Assembly: GCA_016839445.1 (NCBI GenBank)
Contig: JAEOUG010000179.1
Coordinates: forward strand, 1 to 10,872
From: Candidatus Thorarchaeota archaeon
GTDB lineage: Archaea > Asgardarchaeota > Thorarchaeia > Thorarchaeales > Thorarchaeaceae
Direction of reading: 5' to 3'
DNA: 10,872 nucleotides
In this document: in pieces, positions 1 through 7,317 of the stretch
How positions within the stretch are numbered: position 1 is the first letter of the stretch
Layout of the letters: each line of letters begins with the position of its first letter
Made by a program: the position numbers and the translations under genes
Notes under the pieces: model-generated
Told to the model about the DNA's origin: nothing
What the model saw: only the letters and a program-made list of their open reading frames with translations
Database searches by the model: none

Positions 1-4
1 ACGT

Positions 5-754
5 GTGCAGCCACATCTGAGAGTCGGTGAGGGCGATGTGGAGAAAGTCACGATTATCACAGGCAACCCTGACCGCGTTCCCAGAATCGCAGCCGCGATG
101 AAGGATGGCGAGGAGGTCTCCCGGTATCGGGGTCTTGTGACATATCGAGCGTATACACCCAAGGGGAATCCCGTCACGATTTCGGGGACTGGTATGGGTG
201 TGGCATCTACTCACATCTGCATCGAGGAACTGGCCAACCTTGGAGCCTCAGTGTTCATCCGCATCGGCAGTTGCGGTGGCATAGACAGAGCCGTGACTGT
301 TGGGGACGTCGTTGTGCCAACGGCATGCATTCGCGACGAGAGAGCCAGTCTCAATTATGCTCCGATTGAATATCCTGCAGTGGCGTCTCCTGTGTGGTAC
401 AATGCCCTCTTCGATGGAATCACAGCACTACTACCCCGCGAGCGGGTTCACTCTGGTATCTGCTGGACTAGCGACATCTACTACGTAAGTCCAGAGAAGG
501 ATCCCCTAGAGATGTGGACAAGAGCCAATGTCAAATGCGTCGAGATGGAGAGTTCCCTTGTCTTCACTTTTGCCCAGACAAGAGGTCTTGATGCTGCATC
601 TATTCTATCCTGCGATGGAAACCTTCATGGTGCACAGAAGGGCGAACAGGAAGTCGAAAGCGAGAAGACGGGTGAGCAGGACCCTCTTCTTGTAGAGGCC
701 ATTGGCAAGACCATTCAGGCAACAGCCGCCGCTGTTGACAAGATCCTGAAGTAG
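5..754 (+). CDS. udp: Uridine phosphorylase / nucleoside phosphorylase (PNP_UDP_1 family)
   Basis: Motifs QPHL, GNPDRV, GTGMGVAS, EELANLGA..FIRIGSCGG, AVAS and VEMESS are typical of Udp-type phosphorylases. The GTG start lies at the window edge and the frame is open upstream, so the true start may be outside the window. Confidence 0.88.
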   Translation: MQPHLRVGEGDVEKVTIITGNPDRVPRIAAAMKDGEEVSRYRGLVTYRAYTPKGNPVTISGTGMGVASTHICIEELANLGASVFIRIGSCGGIDRAVTVGDVVVPTACIRDERASLNYAPIEYPAVASPVWYNALFDGITALLPRERVHSGICWTSDIYYVSPEKDPLEMWTRANVKCVEMESSLVFTFAQTRGLDAASILSCDGNLHGAQKGEQEVESEKTGEQDPLLVEAIGKTIQATAAAVDKILK

Positions 755-784
755 GGAACCCCTAAGACCCCGAGGGACAATCTG

Positions 785-1432
785 ATGGCGACAGAGAGAG
801 GCGACGTGAGTTCAGCCAATCAGACTAGGTCATATCTGATCATGAAGGCCGAGGCCAAAGAGGCTCTGGAACTCGCGGAAGAATGGTGGACTCAGAAAAC
901 AGTGCCTGACTACATACACGTCGAGCAATTCAACTCCTCCGAGGTCGAGGAGTTCGTGAGTCTGTACAACCGCTGCTTTCTGGCATCACCCGACCCTTTC
1001 TGCCCACTCACTGTTGAACAGGCGCTCCAGCTGGACCCTGAAGGAATCTTCATTGTGAGGATGTGGGGAAAACTCTCAGGGTTCATCGCCTGCTTTGTCG
1101 AGAAGCAAGAGGACGCCATCTATGGTGAGATAACTGGAATAGGAGTGCTTCCCAGTAGGCGCAGACGAGGCGTTGCCACAGCGCTTATCAAACGAGCAAC
1201 CGAGTTCTTCCTCCAATCTGGAGTGGAGGAGGTCTACATCGAGGTCTTTGAGGAGAACATACCTTCACAGATGCTCATCCAAGCGTATGGCTTCATTCAA
1301 GTTGGCCAGAGAAGCATCCCTCTTCAGACATCAGGTGCTCCGGAAGAGAATGCTGAGCTACCTGGAGGGAAGATTATGCGTCGGTTTGGGCTTCGGCCAA
1401 GGGTCGGATGCGAAACCTGCAGAGACATCTGA
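785..1432 (+). CDS. GNAT-family N-acetyltransferase (RimI-like) with C-terminal CxxC tail
   Basis: Acetyl-CoA binding motif A IGVLPSRRRRGVATALI, then V..EN..S..L...YGF (motif B region). An alternative in-frame ATG is at 842. Confidence 0.85.
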   Translation: MATERGDVSSANQTRSYLIMKAEAKEALELAEEWWTQKTVPDYIHVEQFNSSEVEEFVSLYNRCFLASPDPFCPLTVEQALQLDPEGIFIVRMWGKLSGFIACFVEKQEDAIYGEITGIGVLPSRRRRGVATALIKRATEFFLQSGVEEVYIEVFEENIPSQMLIQAYGFIQVGQRSIPLQTSGAPEENAELPGGKIMRRFGLRPRVGCETCRDI

Positions 1433-1444
1433 ATAGTGCCTGAG

Positions 1445-1486
1445 TTTTTAATAGGGTTCTCACATGAGTTAACTCATGCATGAGTT
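1445..1486 (+). promoter_or_regulatory. Putative TATA box (TTTTTAATA, 1445-1453) plus palindromic operator-like element over the MTase start codon
   Basis: The AT-rich box sits about 25-30 nt upstream of ATG 1476, which fits a leaderless transcript. CATGAGTT-AACTCATG-CATGAGTT at 1463-1486 forms two overlapping perfect 16-bp palindromes. Confidence 0.55.
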
Positions 1487-2570
1487 CGAGGTAGGAACGG
1501 AGAAGACAACTTCCTCTCAGACAAGGATATCCCTTCCTCGGCTCAGGCAGGTCAGCAACCCCAAGTCAATCCATGGGATATACCCCTACAGGGGAAAGAT
1601 CTCGGCTCTGGATGCCGCACATGTGGTGGCCCAGCTACCTCCCGAAGATGTCCTACTTGATCCATTCTGTGGCACTGGTACCATCCTCTACGAGGCACAG
1701 CTTCGCGGCATGAAGGCCATAGGAGTTGACAACAATCCACTCGCCTGCACTATAGCCCGGGGGAAGACTGCACCACTGGTCCCTGAGGATGTCCTTGAGT
1801 GCCTTCAGGCAGCTCTGAGAAGGGCGAAGTCAATGGCGACGCCGCCCTCAATGCCAGATTGGCCCGCGCGGTACTTCCATCCTACAACCGCTGAGCAGAC
1901 TATGCGGGTGCTACAGGTTGCGCCGATATTCAACAACTATCTGCTCTCTGCCTTCTATGGTGCCATCTGTGTTGCCGCAAGAGGATGCAATAACTGGTTA
2001 TGGACGTCGAACTCCATCGGCCGAATCAATCGACCTCTGCGTAAGATCGATTTCTACAAGACTCTCGAGAGGAAGGTGGCCAAACACCTTGCATATGTCA
2101 GGGGTGGCTCTGGAGTCCAAGTCATTCTGGGTGACACAAGGAAGATTCACGAGTTGATTCCAGAACGGAGCGTGGGATTCGTCTACACCAGTCCTCCGTA
2201 CTTCGATGCCCTCGACTACACAGGCTACTACACTCGTCTTGTGATGGAAATCATTGGCATCGACAGGTCTGAGGTTCGCAAAGGCCTCATACAGCGCTAC
2301 TCGAGCTATAGAAGGGACATGAAACAGGCCCTCCGCGCAATTGACAGAGTTGCACGCGACGACGCCCTCATCATATTCGTGGTTGGTGACAAGAAGGTAC
2401 ACGGGCGCCTGATTCGAGGCGCTGACTTCTTCATGGACATTGCACCATGGAATGATCCCTATGTTGTTGAGAGAGTGTACTCCTCAACGGCGAGCGGCAT
2501 TTGGGATCAAATCAATGGAACGCGGAGAAGAGAGCAGATTCTGGTCTGGGACCGTAGCCAGGGGGCCTAG
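1476..2570 (+). CDS. DNA amino-methyltransferase, alpha class, probably N4-cytosine
   Basis: N-terminal HGIYPYRGK and motif I LLDPFCGTGT come before catalytic motif IV VYTSPPY. This is the alpha motif order, and SPPY is typical of m4C enzymes. Confidence 0.88.
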   Translation: MHEFEVGTEKTTSSQTRISLPRLRQVSNPKSIHGIYPYRGKISALDAAHVVAQLPPEDVLLDPFCGTGTILYEAQLRGMKAIGVDNNPLACTIARGKTAPLVPEDVLECLQAALRRAKSMATPPSMPDWPARYFHPTTAEQTMRVLQVAPIFNNYLLSAFYGAICVAARGCNNWLWTSNSIGRINRPLRKIDFYKTLERKVAKHLAYVRGGSGVQVILGDTRKIHELIPERSVGFVYTSPPYFDALDYTGYYTRLVMEIIGIDRSEVRKGLIQRYSSYRRDMKQALRAIDRVARDDALIIFVVGDKKVHGRLIRGADFFMDIAPWNDPYVVERVYSSTASGIWDQINGTRRREQILVWDRSQGA

Positions 2571-2574
2571 GATA

Positions 2575-3399
2575 TTGACTCGCCATCTTCTTGTCCTCGG
2601 AGACAGCCGGTCCATGAAGGAGCTCAAGGATCGCTCGATCCACCTTGTTGTCACCTCTCCGCCCTATTGGCGCTTGAAGGACTATGGCAATGAGGATGGG
2701 ATTGGTCAGAGTCCAGAATCCTATACTGACTATCTCACTGGTATTCAGGAGGTCTTCGGGGAGTGTGTCCGTGTTCTGGTTCCTGACGGTAAACTGATAG
2801 TCAATATCATGCCTATCCTTCTCAGCGGAAAGACATCGAAGTTCCAGCGTCGAGTGACGAAGACAGTCCTCACAGACTTGGAGGTATTCTTCGAATCCTT
2901 GGGGAATGTGTACTTTCACTCCCTATACATCTGGGACAAGCGCAAGGTTGTCAGATTCAGCTCGTGGGGATCATATCCACACCCTCCGAATCTCCTGTCC
3001 TCGTACCCGTACGAATGGATCATTGTCTTTTCGAAGTCTGGTCGCAGGCCGCGAGTGGCCAAGGAGCGAAAGGAAGCCTCTGCAATCACCCATGAGGAGT
3101 TTACAGACTGGGTTCAGAACTCCATCTGGGAGTTCCAGCCCGCGTCTGCAAAGGCAGAAGACCATCCTGCTCCCTTTCCAGAAGAGCTACCCCGGCGCTG
3201 TATCCGTCTCTACTCCTTTGTCGGCGACACAATCTTGGACCCGTTCGTAGGAAGTGGGACCACAATGCGAGTCGCGAGAGAACTGGGGCGCAACTCCGTA
3301 GGATACGAGATCAACCCCGCGTTTGAGTCGACAATCAGCAGCAAGGTCCTCTCGGCCTCAGGTGAGGAAGACGATGTACTGGAAGTCATCAAGAGATGA
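2575..3399 (+). CDS. DNA amino-methyltransferase, beta class (N6_N4_Mtase family)
   Basis: GDS, motif IV VVTSPPY, HPAPFPEELPRRCI and motif I ILDPFVGSGTT..A...GR.SVGYEIN in beta order. The in-frame TTG at 2575, 4 nt after the upstream stop, is preferred over the ORF-track start at 2440, which overlaps the previous gene by 131 nt. Confidence 0.9.
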   Translation: MTRHLLVLGDSRSMKELKDRSIHLVVTSPPYWRLKDYGNEDGIGQSPESYTDYLTGIQEVFGECVRVLVPDGKLIVNIMPILLSGKTSKFQRRVTKTVLTDLEVFFESLGNVYFHSLYIWDKRKVVRFSSWGSYPHPPNLLSSYPYEWIIVFSKSGRRPRVAKERKEASAITHEEFTDWVQNSIWEFQPASAKAEDHPAPFPEELPRRCIRLYSFVGDTILDPFVGSGTTMRVARELGRNSVGYEINPAFESTISSKVLSASGEEDDVLEVIKR

Positions 3400-3478
3400 C
3401 GTAAGAGTAATGTAGAGCTGTATCAGACTGGAACCTTGACTACATCCTTGGTTGAGCGCGGTTGGAGATTCTGAGCAT

Positions 3479-4711
3479 ATGCACTACGATGTCATCATTG
3501 TTGGGGCCGGTCCTGCAGGAACGGTAGCTGCCTTCGAGTGCAATTCCAGAGGACTCTCCACTCTGCTCCTTGAGAAGCACAGCCTTCCTCGTGACAAGCC
3601 CTGCGGAGGAGCTGTGATGTACCACGGACTACGACTGCTAAACGGGGAGCTTCCCAAATCTGTGGTGGAGCGCTGTATCTATGGGCTGCGGTTCATATTT
3701 CCGGGGAACAACCAGGCCGAGTTCATCTCTGACAAGATGATTGGAGTGACAGTGTTTAGGTCCCGTTTCGACGAGTATCTTGCCCGACGGGCTGAGAGGT
3801 CTGGCGTCGAGCTAAGGGAAGCGGCCCGTGTCACTAAGGCCGCCGTGTCGGAAGAGTGCGCTGAGGTCGTTCTTGAGGATGGAACTCACTTCACCTCCGA
3901 GTTTCTAATAGGAGCAGACGGAGTGAACTCCATCGTCAGTCGGGAGCTGGGACTTCGGCCGAAGAGGAAGGACTTGACGAAGGTAGGTCTCGGGATGGAG
4001 GCCGACTTCCTAGTGGGGGAGGAGGGAGTCATGCAGGCTACCGGCGACAACCCATCAGTCTTGGAGATCATACCCGCTGAGGACCGAATAAGCTACGGGT
4101 GGGTCTTCCCAAAACGGGAGCATCTGGCCATTGGAGTCGCCGGAGCAGGGAATCAGATGTCCGCCCTTCGCCCGCTCTTCGATAGCTTCGTTCGGAAGAC
4201 GGAGTTGAGGACGGGAGTCGACTTAATCCCTGATTCCAAGAGGACCTACTTCCTGGGCGGAGATGGCCTGGGTAGCAGAAACGTGTCAGTTAGGTCCATT
4301 CTTATCGGCGACGCTGCGGGATTCGTCGACCCCATGATGGGAGAAGGGATTGCGTACGCCATGCAATCCGGCGTGTTTGCCGCAGAAGTCATTGCAGAGG
4401 CATCAATGAATGAGAAACACGACGAAGAGACCTTGAGCCGGTATCAGCAGAAGTGTGCTGATGAGTTTGCAGCGAACTTTGCGATGGCGGGTTGGGCTGG
4501 TAGCAAGGGAGCGTCATTCGCTGAGTCAATGTTGTCTAAGATAAGTGGGCACAAGCTCGCATCAGACATCATGGCTATGGTGGCAAGGGGCGAGATCGGG
4601 TACGCAGGCATTCCACCGTTTGTGCTGAGGAAGCTCCCGCGTAGTCTACCTGGAATAATACGTCATGCTGTCAGGTCGCGCGTATCCAATCAGAGCAGAA
4701 AACCTTCTTAA
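3479..4711 (+). CDS. Geranylgeranyl reductase family FAD-dependent oxidoreductase
   Basis: YDVIIVGAGPAG dinucleotide-binding motif, KPCGG, IGADG..S, YGWVFPK and LIGDAAGFVDPMMGEGI. The start is ATG 3479 or TTG 3452. Confidence 0.9.
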   Translation: MHYDVIIVGAGPAGTVAAFECNSRGLSTLLLEKHSLPRDKPCGGAVMYHGLRLLNGELPKSVVERCIYGLRFIFPGNNQAEFISDKMIGVTVFRSRFDEYLARRAERSGVELREAARVTKAAVSEECAEVVLEDGTHFTSEFLIGADGVNSIVSRELGLRPKRKDLTKVGLGMEADFLVGEEGVMQATGDNPSVLEIIPAEDRISYGWVFPKREHLAIGVAGAGNQMSALRPLFDSFVRKTELRTGVDLIPDSKRTYFLGGDGLGSRNVSVRSILIGDAAGFVDPMMGEGIAYAMQSGVFAAEVIAEASMNEKHDEETLSRYQQKCADEFAANFAMAGWAGSKGASFAESMLSKISGHKLASDIMAMVARGEIGYAGIPPFVLRKLPRSLPGIIRHAVRSRVSNQSRKPS

Positions 4712-4732
4712 TCGGGTTCTGGCCTGGATGAC

Positions 4733-5737
4733 ATGATGAATGCGCCTTCGTTGACTCTGGCAGTCCTCCTTTTGCTAGTGATGCCATCCATTGCCTTCGC
4801 TCCCATGCAGACCACTTACACACCGTTGTTCGACGGTGTGAACGCATACTCGTATCTCGAGGCTCAGTGTGACTTCGGTCCTCGCCCTCCAGGGTCTGCC
4901 AACCTGTCACTGTGTCGGGCGTACATCAAATCGGTGCTTGAGTCCTTCGGCTGGATTGTGACACTCCAAAACTTCACGTACAAGGAAACTGAGTGCGCAA
5001 ACATTGTAGTTTCTTGGACCGAAACGAGCAACACCACAGTTCTACTCGGCGCCCACTACGACACCAGACCCAACGCCACTGAAGACCCAATCCAGGCAAA
5101 CCACAATCTCCCCATTCTAGGAGCGAACGATGGCGCTAGCGGAGTTGCAGTTCTAATGGAGCTTGCTCGCGTTCTCCCGATGGAGAATCGCTCTGGAGTG
5201 AAGTTCGTGTTCTTTGACGCTGAGGACTCCGGCTATTTGAATGGCTGGGACTGGATACGCGGCTCCACGTACTTCGTATCAGAACTCAATCAGACTGAGC
5301 GAGATTCAATCAGTGCCATGATTCTTCTGGATATCGTTGGCGATGCGAACCTGCGTCTACCCAAGGAAACCAGTTCCACAGACTCTCTTCAGAACATAGT
5401 CTGGAATGTCGCTGACGAAATGGGGTATGGCCATATCTTCCTTGGCAGCTATTCCACTAGCATACTTGACGACCATCGCCCCTTTCTTGATGCAGGCATC
5501 CCTGCACTAGACATCATCCAAGTGCCATTCCCGTGGTACTGGCACACTCTAGAGGACACTCCTGACAAGTGTAGCGCTGGAAGCCTATCGGTTGTCGGGC
5601 GGGTCTTGGAAGTCTTCATTTCAGGGGGGACGCCATCATCATACCCCTTGGACCAGCCGATTCTACTCTATGCGGGTCTCGCTGCAATCGCCCTCATACT
5701 TGTGTCCTATACCGTCATCCGTTTTCGGCGGAGGTAG
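4733..5737 (+). CDS. Secreted, C-terminally membrane-anchored M28-family zinc enzyme (glutaminyl cyclase-like)
   Basis: Hydrophobic signal peptide, motifs GAHYDTRP, GANDGASG, FFDAED, LLDIVG, DDHRPF and WHTLEDT, and a C-terminal hydrophobic helix followed by RFRRR. Several N-x-S/T sequons are present (NLS, NFT, NTT, NAT, NRS, NQT). Confidence 0.85.
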   Translation: MMNAPSLTLAVLLLLVMPSIAFAPMQTTYTPLFDGVNAYSYLEAQCDFGPRPPGSANLSLCRAYIKSVLESFGWIVTLQNFTYKETECANIVVSWTETSNTTVLLGAHYDTRPNATEDPIQANHNLPILGANDGASGVAVLMELARVLPMENRSGVKFVFFDAEDSGYLNGWDWIRGSTYFVSELNQTERDSISAMILLDIVGDANLRLPKETSSTDSLQNIVWNVADEMGYGHIFLGSYSTSILDDHRPFLDAGIPALDIIQVPFPWYWHTLEDTPDKCSAGSLSVVGRVLEVFISGGTPSSYPLDQPILLYAGLAAIALILVSYTVIRFRRR

Positions 5738-5803
5738 ATGTTACACACACCTTTTAGGCAGCGTATGGTATAGGAGTCGGGTGCCCCTCCTAGGTGATGT
5801 CAG

Positions 5804-6685
5804 TTGGAAAAGGCAGTCTTACTCCGTCCTAGCAACGGCTCTCTGACATCAGTCACAAGCTTATCCACCGCTCCTAAGGGTGGTTCACTGGGGTGCGGAA
5901 CGACTGACGGGCGGATTCTTCTCGTCGACACCAAGAAGGGCAAGATCATTCAGACGATTCAGGGCCATGAGGGTGCTGTTGCCGCCGTTTCTATTCTCAA
6001 GGATGGGTCGCGGATAGTCACGTCCAGCTGGGATCGAACTACTCGGCTCTGGCCAAAGAAGGGGAAGGAAGAGCCTCTCATCTTGAAGCACAACTCGGAG
6101 GTCAAGGCTCTCGCAATAGCCGGCCAAGCAGGAAAGGGTGCGGCAGGAGCCAAGGATGGTGAGGTCAAGATCTTCTCTCTGGGCACACTAAAGTGCATAA
6201 GGAATCTCCAGACGCATAGATCTGATGTCTCAGGCCTGGCATTCACTGATGATGGGACCGGTCTCATCACGACTTCTTGGGATGGTGAGTGCAAGCTCTG
6301 GGATGTATCCAAGTACGAGGCTGACCACACAATTCTCTCTCAGGGAGAACGAGTTCGAGCAATGGCGCTTTCGAAGGACGATTCACGAGTGTTTCTAGGC
6401 CTCCACTCTGGGACCATTCTTGTCGTGAACCGTGAGGACCCAGCTGACGTCACCCGCCTAGAAGGCCATGATGATCTTGTAAGTGCCTTAGCTATCAGCC
6501 CGGATGGCGCATACCTGGCATCGGGCGGCTGGGACCGGAAGGTAATCGTGTGGCGACTGAAGAGCAATCGGAAGAAGAACACGGGTACCATTCTTAGCGG
6601 CGTGACTGCCCTCTCGTGGGGTCCAAAGGATGGTCGTCTCTATTCAGCAGACTTCTCTGGAACGGTGATTGCCTGGATTCCCTAA
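5804..6685 (+). CDS. WD40-repeat beta-propeller protein (about 7 blades)
   Basis: Repeated GH...V..V....DG..I.T.SWD.T.RLW units, for example QGHEGAV..SSWDRTTRLW, THRSDV..TSWDGECKLWD and EGHDDLV..GGWDRKVIVW. The TTG start is preceded by SD-like AGGTGA at 5792-5797. Confidence 0.92.
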   Translation: MEKAVLLRPSNGSLTSVTSLSTAPKGGSLGCGTTDGRILLVDTKKGKIIQTIQGHEGAVAAVSILKDGSRIVTSSWDRTTRLWPKKGKEEPLILKHNSEVKALAIAGQAGKGAAGAKDGEVKIFSLGTLKCIRNLQTHRSDVSGLAFTDDGTGLITTSWDGECKLWDVSKYEADHTILSQGERVRAMALSKDDSRVFLGLHSGTILVVNREDPADVTRLEGHDDLVSALAISPDGAYLASGGWDRKVIVWRLKSNRKKNTGTILSGVTALSWGPKDGRLYSADFSGTVIAWIP

Positions 6686-7266
6686 GAATCTCTCCTCATC
6701 TTGTCTAGGCGTGCCCTGATGTCTATACCAACAAAGCCTTCCTTGTTCCACGTTAACCTGACGCGGTCGTATCTCTGGTTTCCCTGCTCACTGTCACCTC
6801 GCACAATGTGAGTCAAGACATCTGCCTCGCGATTCCTACTCCGCTTGTCATATGGTATCGGCATTTGGGTTCGATCCGGCAACCTGAAGATGAGAGCGCT
6901 CTTGCCCACAGAAACGATAGGCTGTGAGAGAATCATTCTTCCCTCCTTGAAGAAGGGTTTCTTGTCACGCATACTACGTATAGTCCGAGCCAGTCTGCGG
7001 TGCTCGAGTATCTCAATCTTCGCAGTCCTAACTACATCTTGCAGGTAGCTGGGCCTCTTATCAAACTCGGCACCGAACGATTCAGAAAGTGCCTCAATTG
7101 CCCTCTCTGGCTTTGTGATGTGCTGCGTCACCATGAATTTCATGACCCAGTTGGTGGCACTAGCATATCGGTCGAACTCCTTCTCCAGAGCCAGCTGCTT
7201 GTCTCTGGTGAGCGGGACACTTAGAATCTTGACTACCTCAAACCGTGAGTCTGTCATTGTGCTCAC
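6682..7266 (-). CDS. Hypothetical protein resembling the N-terminal WED/REC lobe of TnpB/Cas12f, with no RuvC domain
   Basis: The order of elements follows TnpB N-termini: VVKILSVPLTRDKQLAL...Y..A.NW, a helical REC with PSYLQDVVRTA, KKPFFK, beta strands, then RVRLTWNKEG and a final strand. The 194-aa ORF fills the gap between two clear genes, and its stop overlaps the WD40 stop by 4 nt. The start is GTG 7266 or ATG 7257. I am more confident in the CDS than in the family call. Confidence 0.65.
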   Translation of the reverse strand: MSTMTDSRFEVVKILSVPLTRDKQLALEKEFDRYASATNWVMKFMVTQHITKPERAIEALSESFGAEFDKRPSYLQDVVRTAKIEILEHRRLARTIRSMRDKKPFFKEGRMILSQPIVSVGKSALIFRLPDRTQMPIPYDKRSRNREADVLTHIVRGDSEQGNQRYDRVRLTWNKEGFVGIDIRARLDKMRRDS

Positions 7267-7317
7267 ACAAGGACCGGCATGTCTAAGCCCTAATCAATCT
7301 AACTTCAGAAACGGCAC

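Noticed and set aside
2440-2574. N-terminal extension of the second MTase in the ORF track
   Set aside because: It overlaps the first MTase in another frame. Family similarity begins at the TTG at 2575.
6682-7317. Active IS200/IS605 or IS607 element, or a type V CRISPR locus
   Set aside because: There is no RuvC catalytic domain, TnpA, subterminal hairpin, cas gene or repeat-spacer array in the window.
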